NCBI GenBank assembly: GCA_964291295.2 | Contig: OZ219754.1 | Coordinates: 3,488,001 to 3,552,000, forward strand | Source of the DNA: an uncultured Candidatus Binatia bacterium | GTDB lineage: Bacteria > Desulfobacterota > Binatia > UBA9968 > JAJDTQ01 | Length of the DNA stretch: 64,000 bases | Direction: 5' to 3' | Shown: positions 51,786 through 62,250 of the stretch, piece after piece | Position numbering within the stretch: the stretch's first letter is position 1 | Layout of the letters: each line of letters starts with the position of its first letter | The notes under the pieces: generated by a model | Databases searched by the model: none | Told to the model about the DNA's origin: nothing | What the model saw: the letters and a program-made list of their open reading frames with translations, nothing else | Made by a program: the position numbers and the translations under genes

Positions 51786-54011
51786 TCATATGTCGATGCG
51801 GGTATCCCACAGGATCGGATCGCCGCCCATGGTGGGGCAGAACAGATCCACCTGCAACTGCACCTGGCAACCCGGACAGCAGTACTCGTGGTACTCGCCG
51901 ATATAGGGCTCGCCGGACGGCAGGGCGTCCTCCATGTAGTCGTTCAGGTCCAGGATGCGCCGCAGCGCGTAGTTCTTGTAATTCTCCCCGGGGCTGCAGA
52001 AAAGGTGCTGGCAATGGACGCAGCGGATGGCGTACTGGCCGTTCCGCCGGGCGATCTCCAGGCTCGCGTGGAAACGAAGCACCGGATCGTATTCGCCGGC
52101 CCGGCCCGGGTCCAGCGACGATGTCTTCCCGGAAGGCGGCGCCCCGCGTTCCCGGCGCTCGGCATGCATCCGCTCGCGCAGGCTCCGTGTCGCTGCCTCG
52201 TCCACGGACCGGCCGTCCCCGGCCAGCACCACGCCGTACACCTCCCGGCCGATCCGGGTGGTGAGCCAGCTCCGGCCGAAATCCCGCAACACCAGCGCGG
52301 GGTCACGTTCCAGCGGATCACCGAAACCGCCGCCGCCGGCCACATAGTCGATCAGCAGGCTTCCTTCGGGCAACGCCACCCGCTCCGGAACCCCATCGGG
52401 ATGGACCACCCGGCCCCAAGTCCCGTCCCGCATGGTGGCACCGTCCGGGTACTCGCCATCCCTGACCCGGTCCAGCAGTTCCATGCCCGCCGCCACCATG
52501 TAGCGCAGCACGCTCTTTCCGGTAGGGTAGCCGCCGCACAGGCCGTAACCGCCCTGGGCCACCCCACCGTAGGGCTTGTAGTCGACGCTGCAATCCCGGG
52601 AGCCGTAGATCCAGTAGATCCGGTAGCTGCCGAGGCCGCCGCGGTACTGGCCGAATCCGCTGCCGTCCGGGTTGTGTCCCCGGGTGAAGTACAGGAACGG
52701 ATACTGCATCTCGATGCGCTCGATGTCGCTTATGCCGGCGGAGGGGATGTTCATGTGGCCGCCGGTGTTGACACCGTCACGCAACGGCGCGCCGCCCATG
52801 CCGGCGCCATGGATGTCGTAGAGGCCCTGGGCCACGCGGATACCGTCCCGGGTGTGGCCGCCATAGAAGTAGCCGGGCCCGCCGGCGTAGGCCAGGTTGC
52901 CGGTGGTGGAGGCGTTGACGTCGTCCGTCCGGCCCGCCGCGTAGAGCATCTTGGAGACACATTCGCAGATGGTCGAGACCAGCACGTTGCCCACCCGGGG
53001 CGCGGCGCCGCAGGCCGCCGGAAAGGTGCAGTTCAGGATGGAGCCTTCCGGCACCTTGAGGGTCACCGGCCGCATCTTGCCGTCGCTCCAGGGCACGTCC
53101 CAGAACAGCGCGTTGGTGAGCGCCAGGGTGATGTGCGCGGCGGTGCTCGGAAGCGTGGAATTGTGGTCGGTATCGGTTTGCGGGCTGGTGCCCTCGAGGT
53201 CGAACTCCAGCTCGTCGCCCTTCTTGGTCATGGTGCAGTAGAGCTGCTGGGCCACGGCCTTGCGCGACTTGCGGTCGAGCGTGGTGACATACTCACGGGA
53301 AACCCAGGTGCCATCCGGCAACGAGCGCAGCTTGGCCCGGGCCTTGGCCTCCGAGTCCTCGATCATGCGCCGGCCCGCGGCCTCGACGAAACCGGCGCCG
53401 AACTTCTCCACCAGCCCCCGGTAACGGTCGGCGCAGACGTTGTTGCCGGCGATCATGGCCTTCATGTCCAGCCCCACGTACTGCGGGTCGCGGCACATGC
53501 CGGTGAGGGTCCGGAACACGTCCTCGCGAAACTCGCCCTTCTCGACGATCTTGAGGCCGCTGATGCAGATACCCTCGTGGAAGATCTCCAGGGCGCCGCC
53601 CCGAAGCACCCCGCCAGTGTCGGCGGTATGGGTGCTGGTGGCCGTCCACGCGATCAGCGCCCCTTCGTGGAAGATGGGCTTGATGACCATCATGTCGTAG
53701 GTGTGGGAGCCCGCCACATAGGGATCGTTGAAGAAGAACTGGTCGCCGTCGTAGAAGCCGGGGGACTCCTGGAAGTACTCCATCATGTTCTTGATGGCCT
53801 GGGAGGTGGCCGCGGCGAAGCGCAGGTGGCCGGAGCACGCCAACACCATGACGCCTTGGGCGTCGTAGAACGAACTCATGCACTCGCCGCCCTGGGCGAC
53901 GATGGGAGAGGCGGTGACGCGCTGAAGCGTCATGCGTCCTTCTTCCCCGATGGCCCAGAGCCGGTGGACGTACATCTCGTAACGAATGGGATCAACCGCG
54001 GTCGGTTCCAT
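51786..54011 (-). CDS. Hydantoinase B/oxoprolinase-family (carboxylase alpha-like) subunit with C-terminal acetone-carboxylase-gamma-like domain
   Basis: DGDQFFFNDPYVAGSHTYD, HTADTGG, IERIEMQYP, GQYRGG, GGGGFGDPLERDP; C-term IRCVHCQHLFC..YHEYCCPGC..LQVD. Confidence 0.88.
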   Translation of the reverse strand: MEPTAVDPIRYEMYVHRLWAIGEEGRMTLQRVTASPIVAQGGECMSSFYDAQGVMVLACSGHLRFAAATSQAIKNMMEYFQESPGFYDGDQFFFNDPYVAGSHTYDMMVIKPIFHEGALIAWTATSTHTADTGGVLRGGALEIFHEGICISGLKIVEKGEFREDVFRTLTGMCRDPQYVGLDMKAMIAGNNVCADRYRGLVEKFGAGFVEAAGRRMIEDSEAKARAKLRSLPDGTWVSREYVTTLDRKSRKAVAQQLYCTMTKKGDELEFDLEGTSPQTDTDHNSTLPSTAAHITLALTNALFWDVPWSDGKMRPVTLKVPEGSILNCTFPAACGAAPRVGNVLVSTICECVSKMLYAAGRTDDVNASTTGNLAYAGGPGYFYGGHTRDGIRVAQGLYDIHGAGMGGAPLRDGVNTGGHMNIPSAGISDIERIEMQYPFLYFTRGHNPDGSGFGQYRGGLGSYRIYWIYGSRDCSVDYKPYGGVAQGGYGLCGGYPTGKSVLRYMVAAGMELLDRVRDGEYPDGATMRDGTWGRVVHPDGVPERVALPEGSLLIDYVAGGGGFGDPLERDPALVLRDFGRSWLTTRIGREVYGVVLAGDGRSVDEAATRSLRERMHAERRERGAPPSGKTSSLDPGRAGEYDPVLRFHASLEIARRNGQYAIRCVHCQHLFCSPGENYKNYALRRILDLNDYMEDALPSGEPYIGEYHEYCCPGCQVQLQVDLFCPTMGGDPILWDTRIDI

Positions 54012-54033
54012 CGCTCTCTCTCCTGATCCTTGC

Positions 54034-56172
54034 TCACACCTGGACACGCGCTGCCCCGGATCCCTGGATATCCATCACCAGATTCAGGTACGGATCCACC
54101 GCCACCCGGGCACCGGGCGGCACCGGGATCGTGGTGAAGGGCAGTTCCAGAATCGCGGGGCCCGCCACCTCGTTGCCGGCCTTGAGCCGCGTGTTGTCGT
54201 ACACCGGCGTCTCGATGAATCCGCGCTCGGGACGCGTGAAATAGACGTTCCGCCTGCCCTTGACGGCCCGGGAGCCGTCTCCCTGCTCGACCGGCTGCGG
54301 CTTCAATTCCGGCTTGGTGACCCGCCCCACGGCGTCCACCCGGATGGCGCTGATCTCGATGCCGGCCTTGGTGTAACCTGCGCCCACGCCGTAGAGATCC
54401 TCGTACTTCTTCTCGAACATCTCCTGCAGTTCCCGCAGCCGCGCGTCGGTCATGCGGTCCCACGGCAGCGGGATCTCGACACCGGCCGTCTGCCGCCGGT
54501 AGCGCATGGTGAAGAACCGGCGGTAGTCCACCTGATGGGCCTTGAAGCCCTCGCCGGTCATGGCCTCGCCAAGCTCCTTCTCGATGGTCTCGAGCCGCTC
54601 GTTCGGCCCCTCGGGCTGCGCCGGGAAGATGTACTGGCAGGTCATCACGCGCGTGTGGATGACGTCCGCCGCGGCCACGCCGAACGCGGAGAACACCGGC
54701 GAGGTCGGGAAGATATAGATCCGGTTGATGCCGAGCTCGGCGGAAAAGCCGGCGGCGTGCACCGGTCCGGCACCGCCGAAGGCGTAGATGACGAACTCCT
54801 CCGGCAGGTGTCCGGTGCGCACCACCTGCTGGCGGATGAGGTCGGACATCTTGCTGTTGACGATGTCGTAGACGCCGGCGGCGGCTTCGACGTTGCTCAG
54901 ACCCAGCGGCCTGGCGATCTTCTCTTCGACCGCCTTCTCGGCCTTCTCCCGGTTCAGGGACTTGCGGCCGCCGAGGAAGTAATCGGGGTCGATGATGCCC
55001 AGCACGAGGTCGCAGTCGGTGACCGTCACCTCTTCGCCGCCGGCATCGTAGCAAACCGGCCCGGGCCTCGCGCCCGCGCTCTGAGGGCCCACCAGCAGCC
55101 GGCCGGTCTCTTCGTCGACCCGGGCGATGGTGCCGCCGCCGGCACCGATGGACTGGATGTCGATGATGGGCTGGAGCATGCGGAAGCGCTCGACGATGGG
55201 CTCCGCCGCATAGCGCCAGTAGCCCTCGGTGATGAGTCCCACGTCGAAGCTGGTGCCGCCCATGTCCGCGGTGATGACATTGGGGTGATCCAGCAGACCG
55301 GCCACGTAGGCCGACGCGATGGCGCCCCCCGCCGGTCCGGACTGGAGGTTCGACACCGGCGTGGCGTGGGTGCGGTGGGCCACGCCGCCGTTGCCCTGCA
55401 TGATCAGGAACGGTCCCGCCAGGCCGCCTTCTTCAAGCCTGGTCTGGAGGCCGCCGAGATAGCGGTCCACGGTGGGGCCGAGGAAGCTGTTGATGATGGC
55501 GGTGTTGGCGCGGGCATACTCGCCGGCCACCTGGGCCAGCTCGCTGCCGAAGGACCAGAAAACCTTGCGGGAAGGATCGGCCTCCAGTGCCAGCGCGCGC
55601 ACGTCGTCCTCGTGCCGGGAATTGGCCCAGGCGTGCAGCAGGCTTACCGCGATGGCCTCGCACCCTTCCTCGTCCACGAGCTTGCGGATGGCCCCCCTCA
55701 CGTCCTCGCGCGACAGCGGCACCACCACCTCGCCGCGGTAGTCGATGCGCTCGCGCACGCCGAGAACCCGCTCCCTGGGCACCAGGGGCTCGGGCTTGGT
55801 AACCCAGGTGGCGTGGCGGATCTCCTCCTCGGAGAGTCCGTCCACCCGACCGATGGCGCGCATGATCTCGGTGGTGTCCTCGAACCCGCGGGTGGTGATG
55901 AAACCGACCTTCACGCCGGTGCGGGTGATCAGCGCGTTGGTCGCCACCGTGCTGCCGTGCTTGAAGAGCACGGCCTGATTCAGCAGGTTGGTGCGGTCCA
56001 CATCCAGTATCCGCGCGGCTTCCGCGAGCGCGTCCATGACGCCCCGGGAGAACTCGTCCGGTGTCGTCGACGCCTTGGCCGTCCACACTTCCCCGCTCGG
56101 GGCCATGACGACCACGTCGGTAAACGTTCCGCCCGTGTCGATACCGATGATGTAGTCTTTCGCTTCCGCCAT
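54034..56172 (-). CDS. Hydantoinase A/oxoprolinase-family ATP-binding subunit
   Basis: IGIDTGGTFTD, HGSTVATNA, SGPAGG, DMGGTSFD, IGAGGG, GPQSAGARPGP, AFGGAGPVH. Confidence 0.93.
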   Translation of the reverse strand: MAEAKDYIIGIDTGGTFTDVVVMAPSGEVWTAKASTTPDEFSRGVMDALAEAARILDVDRTNLLNQAVLFKHGSTVATNALITRTGVKVGFITTRGFEDTTEIMRAIGRVDGLSEEEIRHATWVTKPEPLVPRERVLGVRERIDYRGEVVVPLSREDVRGAIRKLVDEEGCEAIAVSLLHAWANSRHEDDVRALALEADPSRKVFWSFGSELAQVAGEYARANTAIINSFLGPTVDRYLGGLQTRLEEGGLAGPFLIMQGNGGVAHRTHATPVSNLQSGPAGGAIASAYVAGLLDHPNVITADMGGTSFDVGLITEGYWRYAAEPIVERFRMLQPIIDIQSIGAGGGTIARVDEETGRLLVGPQSAGARPGPVCYDAGGEEVTVTDCDLVLGIIDPDYFLGGRKSLNREKAEKAVEEKIARPLGLSNVEAAAGVYDIVNSKMSDLIRQQVVRTGHLPEEFVIYAFGGAGPVHAAGFSAELGINRIYIFPTSPVFSAFGVAAADVIHTRVMTCQYIFPAQPEGPNERLETIEKELGEAMTGEGFKAHQVDYRRFFTMRYRRQTAGVEIPLPWDRMTDARLRELQEMFEKKYEDLYGVGAGYTKAGIEISAIRVDAVGRVTKPELKPQPVEQGDGSRAVKGRRNVYFTRPERGFIETPVYDNTRLKAGNEVAGPAILELPFTTIPVPPGARVAVDPYLNLVMDIQGSGAARVQV

Positions 56173-56481
56173 GCCTGTTCTCCCTCCTGTTTGCGGGACT
56201 GTCCGGCGGCACGGTCCCGGTTCGTCCGACACGTGCGGGACGACGCTTTGCCGATCCAGCCAGCGTCTTCGCCGCCCGCGGACCAAGCAGAGTCGAACGT
56301 GGCCAAGTGGATGCGAACACGGGAACCGCGGGGGCGAAAGAAGCCCCGGAGCCACCCCGGAACAACTCCCGAAGTGGCCACACGGCACCGAGGGCTCTTG
56401 GCTGACGCCTCCTGCGGCCGGATTCAATGGATGGGTCCGGGCACCACCCCGGAGCCGCCTCGACTCGTTCGCGCCGCGTGT

Positions 56482-57222
56482 TCAGTTCATCACCACACCG
56501 CCGTTGATGTTGAGAGTGTAACCGGTGACATAGGTATTCTCCGGGCCCGCGAGAAAGTAGAAGCCTTCGGCGATTTCCTCCGGCCGGCCGGTGCGCCCCA
56601 GGGGGATGAGCGGTTTCCACGCCTCCCGCGACCCGGGGGCGGCGCGGGCCAGAACCCGCGGCGTGTCCGTCGGGCCCGGGGCCACGACATTGACAAGGAC
56701 ACCGTAGGGGGCCAGTTCCCGGGCCAGGGACTTGGTGAAGCCCAGTACGCCGGCCTTGGCCGCCGAGTAGGGCGTGCGCAGAGCGCAGCCGGTGAGTCCG
56801 TAATTGGACGCGGTGTTGACGATGCGGCCGCGCCGCTGCCCCATCATCACCGGCGCCACTTCGCGGCAGAAGAGGAAGGTCCCCTTGAGATTGACGTCCA
56901 TCACCTCGCGCCATTCCGCCCAGGAAAGCGCCTCCACGGCCTTGGTGTGGATGGTGCCGCCGGCCAGGTTGGCGAGGATGTCGACGGAGCCGAACTCCTC
57001 CCGGACACTCGCCACCACGTCCCTGACATCGGCGGCCCTCGTGACGTCGGCGCGGCAGGAGCGTGCCCGCGCGCCCGCCGCGGTCAACTCGGCCACCACC
57101 CCCTCTGCGCCCGCCCCATCCACGTCGGCGACAGCCACCGCCATGCCGGCTCGGGCGAACCGCAACGCGACGCAACGGCCGATGCCGTTGCCGCCTCCGG
57201 AAACAATGGCCACATCGCTCAT
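56482..57222 (-). CDS. SDR family oxidoreductase
   Basis: SGGGNGIG, NLAG, YSAAK, VNVVAPG, INGG. Confidence 0.93.
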   Translation of the reverse strand: MSDVAIVSGGGNGIGRCVALRFARAGMAVAVADVDGAGAEGVVAELTAAGARARSCRADVTRAADVRDVVASVREEFGSVDILANLAGGTIHTKAVEALSWAEWREVMDVNLKGTFLFCREVAPVMMGQRRGRIVNTASNYGLTGCALRTPYSAAKAGVLGFTKSLARELAPYGVLVNVVAPGPTDTPRVLARAAPGSREAWKPLIPLGRTGRPEEIAEGFYFLAGPENTYVTGYTLNINGGVVMN

Positions 57223-57280
57223 TTCGGGATCCTTCCCCCGCATGGCCGACGGCACCGCCCGGCGGCGGCCCGGACCGGCT

Positions 57281-58663
57281 CTAGAGAAAGTCCTTCAGCA
57301 GGACCTGCCCCGCACCCATGGGCTGCAACCGTTCGAACTCGAACCGCCTGGCCGGGTCGCACTCGGGCGGCTTGGTGGCGTCGATCATCACCTTGCCGCC
57401 GACGCGGTGCCAGCCCGGCGCCCCGGGGGCGCCCATCTCCCGGCACGAGGGATCCATGGCGTGGACCTTGGCACCCGGGATGGTGATGATGTCCTCGGCC
57501 GGGTTCACCCGCGTGGAGATGGCCCACAGCACGTCGGCGTAGTTGAAGATGTCCACGTCCTCGTCCACCGCGATGGCCACCTTGGGATGCTGGTACTCGC
57601 TGGACAACGCCGCCATGAGAACGTTCCTGGCCTCCCCATGGTAACGCGCGTTCATCTGCACGACGATGCCGAAGATGCCCGGCAGGGCCAGCACGTTCTT
57701 CACCTGGGCGCCGCCGCCCACGCTCCGTATCCGTCGCAGGAGCTGAGCCGACATGGGCACCTTGTGGTAGACGCAACCCTCCACCTCGGCGCCGTTCTGG
57801 ATGTTCTTGAAGATGGCGTCGCCGCGCATGGTCACGGCGTTGATCTGGAACACCGGGTTCTCGCCGGCGCCGGCCAGATAGTAGTCCTGGAACTCGCTGA
57901 AGGGGCCTTCCTCCTCGCGCACATGGGGCAGGATCTCCCCTTCCAGCACCACCTCGGCCTGGGCCGGCACCTCCATGTCGAGGGTCTCGCACTTCACCAT
58001 CTCCACTTCTTCCCGCAGCAGCGCCGAGGCGATGTTCAACTCGTCGCGGCCGTAGTCCGTGGTGGTGGCGGCGGCAAAGTAATACATGGGATGGTGGCCG
58101 ATCATGAAGGCCGCCGGCATGCCCTCGCCCCGGGACTCGTGCTTCTGGTAGTTGGTCCAGCCGTGGCGCGGATAGAGCAGGATGCCGGTCTTCCGGGGTC
58201 CCTTCATTTGCAGGCGGTGGAAGCTGAGGTTGCGGTTGCCGGTGTCCGGATCCTTGGAGATCATCAGCCCCGCGGAGATGAAGGGGCCGCCGTCGCGGAT
58301 GCCGCACTGGTGGATGGGCATCCGGGTGATGTCCACCGCGTTCCCCGTGAAAATCCGTTCCTTCACCGGACCCGAGGACACCAGCCGGGTGGTTCCCGGC
58401 GTTTCGGTGCGTCTGACGAACTCCGGCACCATCTCGTCGCGGCCGCAACCAAAGGCCAACGGCGCCAGCCGGACGTCGCCGGGCGCCTGCCCGAGACAGC
58501 GCCAGCCCGGGAAACCATCGAGGTTCTCGAACAGCAGCGCCCGTTCCCGGGACTGCCACAACAGCGCCCCCATCTGCGTGCGCGGATCCACCGGCTTGGC
58601 GATGGTGTCGAGCACGCCGGCACCGCGCAACTGGTCGATCCAGGTGCGTATATCCTTCTTCAT
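57281..58663 (-). CDS. UbiD-family (de)carboxylase
   Basis: ALLFENL, RDGGPFIS, NLSFHRLQ, EVVLEGEI, EEGPFSEF, VDEDVDIFN, WAISTR, KVMIDATKP. Confidence 0.93.
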   Translation of the reverse strand: MKKDIRTWIDQLRGAGVLDTIAKPVDPRTQMGALLWQSRERALLFENLDGFPGWRCLGQAPGDVRLAPLAFGCGRDEMVPEFVRRTETPGTTRLVSSGPVKERIFTGNAVDITRMPIHQCGIRDGGPFISAGLMISKDPDTGNRNLSFHRLQMKGPRKTGILLYPRHGWTNYQKHESRGEGMPAAFMIGHHPMYYFAAATTTDYGRDELNIASALLREEVEMVKCETLDMEVPAQAEVVLEGEILPHVREEEGPFSEFQDYYLAGAGENPVFQINAVTMRGDAIFKNIQNGAEVEGCVYHKVPMSAQLLRRIRSVGGGAQVKNVLALPGIFGIVVQMNARYHGEARNVLMAALSSEYQHPKVAIAVDEDVDIFNYADVLWAISTRVNPAEDIITIPGAKVHAMDPSCREMGAPGAPGWHRVGGKVMIDATKPPECDPARRFEFERLQPMGAGQVLLKDFL

Positions 58664-58734
58664 GTGTCGATTCGCCGTGCGCAAGCCGCGGCCGCCCGGT
58701 GCGCCAGCCGGCACCGGGCGGCCGCGGGATCGGA

Positions 58735-59838
58735 CTACTGCTGCTTGCGGCTCTGGAGTGCCGGGATGTACTCGTTCTTGAGATAATCCCACCCCGGCGA
58801 CGATTTGAGCATGTTCTTCACGACCCTGTCCACGTCCGGGCCCTTGATATAGTCGAGCTTGAGCCCGAAGATCTTCTCCCATTCCTTCACATAGACCGGA
58901 TCGGAGTACATCTTGTCGAAGGCGGCCCGGATGGCCGCGACGCGGTCCGCCGGCGTGCCCGGAGGCACCACCAGCTTGCGGTTCAGAGTCCGCAGGGTAG
59001 GACCGGTGAGCTTGTACGCTTCCCACGCCGGACCCGAGGGGGCCTTGCCCTTCACCTGCTTGTAGACTTCCTCGAAGGTCGGGATGTCGGTGCCCGGAGA
59101 GCGGATGACTTTCCCGTCGGGAGTCAACACGCCACCTTGCCAGATGACGATGGCGACCCCCTCCTGGATGGAGGCGTAGTACCGGCCGCCGGTGCCGAGC
59201 ACATGGTGGAGGCCGGTGCCGCCGACGTAGGAAACCTCGCCCGACAGGAACGCCAGCGCCATCTGGGCGGTGCCGGGGTATCCCACGGCATATCTGTAGC
59301 CCTGGATGCCCAGCAGGTCGAGCCCGATGAGGTCGTTCAGGAAAGACGACCCGGTGATGGAGCGGCCGGAAACCGCGATCTTCGCGGGGTCGATCCGGGT
59401 CAACGCAACGCCGTCCCTGACATTCAGAAAGTCCCGGACAATGGCGGCGGAGGCGCCGCTGGTGGCGTAGATCGCCGGCATCTTCGTCAGGTCGTAGTTG
59501 GGTGCGGGATCTTTCAGCGCCTGGCTGCTCAGATGGGTCGTGCCCAGGATGGCCCAGACGAGGCCGTCCTTCCTGGCCTTGTGGGCGGTATAGGCGCCTT
59601 GAATCAGACCGGACGCGCCGGGCATGTTGATCTTGACCACCTTGCTGGGCATGCCGGGCAGGTACTTGCCGATCCGGCGGGCAATGAGCCGGCCCTCGGT
59701 GTCGTGGCCGCCGCCGGGGGAATAGCCGGAAAGGATCTGGATTCTCTTGCCTTCGGTAAAGGCCTGCGCCAAGTCCGGGACAAAAAACCCCGACACCGCA
59801 AGGAGCATCAGGCACATGAATACTCTGCGTAGGATCAT
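58735..59838 (-). CDS. Tripartite tricarboxylate transporter substrate-binding protein (TctC-like)
   Basis: Signal peptide, GYSPGGGHD, NMPGASG, GYPGT, PPGTPADRV, FDKMYSDP. Confidence 0.88.
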   Translation of the reverse strand: MILRRVFMCLMLLAVSGFFVPDLAQAFTEGKRIQILSGYSPGGGHDTEGRLIARRIGKYLPGMPSKVVKINMPGASGLIQGAYTAHKARKDGLVWAILGTTHLSSQALKDPAPNYDLTKMPAIYATSGASAAIVRDFLNVRDGVALTRIDPAKIAVSGRSITGSSFLNDLIGLDLLGIQGYRYAVGYPGTAQMALAFLSGEVSYVGGTGLHHVLGTGGRYYASIQEGVAIVIWQGGVLTPDGKVIRSPGTDIPTFEEVYKQVKGKAPSGPAWEAYKLTGPTLRTLNRKLVVPPGTPADRVAAIRAAFDKMYSDPVYVKEWEKIFGLKLDYIKGPDVDRVVKNMLKSSPGWDYLKNEYIPALQSRKQQ

Positions 59839-59890
59839 GAGAATTCTCCCTTCTGCGACAGCATGGGATACCGCTCCCCGTGCCGGACGC

Positions 59891-60976
59891 CTACTCGGCG
59901 TTGGCGAACTCGCGGAGGTAGGTCTGCCACTCCGAGGGCGCCATGGTCTCGTCGCGGATCCTGGTGGCCTCTTCCGGCGTGACCAGGACGGGGGCGAGCT
60001 TCTGACCGAAGATTTTCTCCCAATCCTTGACGAAACCCGGATCCTTGGCCATCTTGCCGATCCCGCCGCGCAACTCCTCCACCTTGGCCGTGGCGGTGGC
60101 CGGCGGCAGCACCAGAGTCCGGGTCAGCTTGGCCATGCCGAGGCCGATGGCGCGCCAAGCCTGCCAGTCGGGTCCCGAGGGCTCCTTGCCGTGGACTTCC
60201 TTGAACACCTCGTACAACGTCGGCACGTCCCCCTTCACGGTCTCGGACCGCGAGATGGATCCGTCCGCATTGAGGATGCCGCTCTGCCACATGGGAAAGA
60301 CCAGGCCTCGCTCATGCATGTCCACGAAGGCGCCGCCGCCCACCAGGTGGGCATCGCTGGCAACGAAGAAACTCGCCTCGTCCCGCTCCATGGCGGCCTT
60401 GATGGGCGAGGTGCCCCGGTAGGCGCATACCGCCTTGTAGCCCTCGACCCCGAGCAGCCGCAACGCCAACTGACCGCGCAGGCAGGAGGAGCCCTGCTTG
60501 GCACGGCCCGCCAGGACGATCCTGGACCTGTCCACCTTGGTCATGAAGTCCGTGGCGTTCCTGGCTCCGAGAAAGTCGCGGGTGAGGTGCACCTGAATGC
60601 CGGCCACGGACCAGATGATGGGCATCCTGGAGAGGTCGTACTTCACCATCTCCGGCGGCGCGACCAACGCCTGCAGCCCGTGGCTGCTGCCGAAGAGGCC
60701 GATGATGGTACCGTCCGGCCTGGCCCGGTTGTAGACGTAGGATGACATGATCATGCCGCCGGCCCCGGGCATGTTCTGGACAATGACCTTGGGTTTCCCG
60801 GGCAGGTAACGGCCCAGGTGCCGCGCCATGACCCGTGCTTCGAGATCGTGGCCGCCGCCGGGCGGATAACCGATCAGGATGGTCACATTCCTGGCCGCGG
60901 CCGCCGTCCCGGCCAGCCCTGCGAACAACAAGACAAAGAACAGGGTACACCAACTCGCGGCTCTGGTTCTCTTCAT
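59891..60976 (-). CDS. Second TctC-like substrate-binding protein
   Basis: Signal peptide, GYPPGGGHD, QNMPGAGG, ARPDGTII, KMAKDPGF. Confidence 0.88.
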   Translation of the reverse strand: MKRTRAASWCTLFFVLLFAGLAGTAAAARNVTILIGYPPGGGHDLEARVMARHLGRYLPGKPKVIVQNMPGAGGMIMSSYVYNRARPDGTIIGLFGSSHGLQALVAPPEMVKYDLSRMPIIWSVAGIQVHLTRDFLGARNATDFMTKVDRSRIVLAGRAKQGSSCLRGQLALRLLGVEGYKAVCAYRGTSPIKAAMERDEASFFVASDAHLVGGGAFVDMHERGLVFPMWQSGILNADGSISRSETVKGDVPTLYEVFKEVHGKEPSGPDWQAWRAIGLGMAKLTRTLVLPPATATAKVEELRGGIGKMAKDPGFVKDWEKIFGQKLAPVLVTPEEATRIRDETMAPSEWQTYLREFANAE

Positions 60977-61064
60977 GATTCACTCATCTCCTCGGTTGTG
61001 ATCTCCCGTGGCAGGGCCTCCAGGCGCCGACCCTTCCGTCAGGCGCCATGGATCCCGGAACGCA

Positions 61065-61180
61065 AACGGGCTGAGGATTCCAGTTCACCCGAGATCCTCA
61101 GCCCGTTCGTGATTGACGGCCGCTCCTTCCGGAAGCGCCCTTGTCCGGAGCGTCGCCGGGTACCGGCCCGGAGACGCTCC
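61065..61180. other. Two intergenic stem-loops within the tct operon
   Basis: AACGGGCTGAGGAT-15nt-ATCCTCAGCCCGTT (61065-61107) and GGAGCGTC-gccggg..cccgga-GACGCTCC (61147-61180). Confidence 0.6.
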
Positions 61181-61197
61181 TTCCGCGATTGAACCTG

Positions 61198-61593
61198 TTA
61201 CTTTGCCGGCTTGGGAATCATCAGCTTCGCCGTGGCCAAGGTGTTCCCGTCCGCGTCCACCAGCATCAACTCATGATCACCGGGCTTCAGAAGACGCTTG
61301 ATGGTCCGTCCCCGGATTCCCCATGTCGAGGAAAGCATGCCCTTGTCGTCCGCTTTCTCGACCGCCGGCTTCGCCAGGAAGCTCACGTCCGACAGCACGC
61401 CGCCCATCATGGTGCGGATGCCCACTTCCTGGCCAGCCATCAGGCCCGAAGCCGAGATCTTCACCTGCAGTCGGCCTTTCTTCACGTCGCCCACGTCCAC
61501 CATGAGCTTCGCCCCCGCCATCGCGATGGTCGACAACAGGAACAATGCTCCCAGGGCCGCTGCCATACCGACTAGTGTCTTTCTTGCAACCAT
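61198..61593 (-). CDS. Small secreted hypothetical protein (131 aa)
   Basis: SD AGGGAGG, signal peptide ending AMA, beta-rich mature region. Confidence 0.75.
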   Translation of the reverse strand: MVARKTLVGMAAALGALFLLSTIAMAGAKLMVDVGDVKKGRLQVKISASGLMAGQEVGIRTMMGGVLSDVSFLAKPAVEKADDKGMLSSTWGIRGRTIKRLLKPGDHELMLVDADGNTLATAKLMIPKPAK

Positions 61594-61713
61594 ACGCTAC
61601 CTCCCTTTGGTATTTGTTCCGCTGATCCAGACGGCTCCCTTTATACGTAAGCCCTGCGGCAAATGTCAAGTGCCTCGGTCAAGCGCCTTTTCGCCCGAAT
61701 TCCGACCCCGCCA

Positions 61714-62250
61714 TCACACGGGAACCAGACCCGACAGATACCTCTCCACCAGACCCAGAATGAACTCCTGCGGCCCGTTGATCAACCCCGGCGGCCACGG
61801 GATGTGCAGGACCATCTCGAACACCCCGACCATGAACACCACCATCACCAGCATGTAGGTCACGGCGACCTTCCAGGACTCGCCCGCCTGAACGCCCAGG
61901 TAGAGCACCAGAAAGAGCGGCACACTCAGGATGAAGCCGATGAGCCAGATGGACGCGTACAGCCCGAATATCCATCCGAAGATATTGACCGCGCGCTTGA
62001 TCACCACCACCACCGGAACGCTGCGGTCCACCGGCAGGTCCATCATGCCGGCCACGTCCCCGTCCTCGCCCCTGCCGCGAAACAGGTCCAGACCCAGTTG
62101 CAGGAAGCACAGCGCCATGGTGGGAATGCCGATGGTCCAGGGAAAAAGCCGCGCCTGGTATTGCCACTGCCGGGCGGTCGCCACCAGCCCCACCATGAGC
62201 AGCAGAACGAAGACGGTGAACCATGCGCCCGGATTCGCCCTAGGCTTCAT
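61714..62250 (-). CDS. TctB-like small membrane subunit
   Basis: ARLFPWTIG, IGFILSVPLF, FEMVLHIPWPPG; overlaps tctA stop. Confidence 0.85.
   Translation of the reverse strand: MKPRANPGAWFTVFVLLLMVGLVATARQWQYQARLFPWTIGIPTMALCFLQLGLDLFRGRGEDGDVAGMMDLPVDRSVPVVVVIKRAVNIFGWIFGLYASIWLIGFILSVPLFLVLYLGVQAGESWKVAVTYMLVMVVFMVGVFEMVLHIPWPPGLINGPQEFILGLVERYLSGLVPV

Noticed and set aside
56173-56481. Possible riboswitch/ncRNA in the 300-bp SDR-hyuA gap
   Set aside because: Only short CCCCGGAGCC repeats; no recognisable conserved RNA motif
50928-58786. Very long + strand ORFs (1032, 1166, 660 aa) and similar shadow ORFs elsewhere
   Set aside because: Antisense shadows of well-supported minus-strand genes in high-GC DNA, with no motifs
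57281-59815. 844-aa ORF suggesting an N-terminally extended UbiD
   Set aside because: The extension is an alternative frame of the tctC gene; UbiD homology starts at MKKDIRTW (58663)
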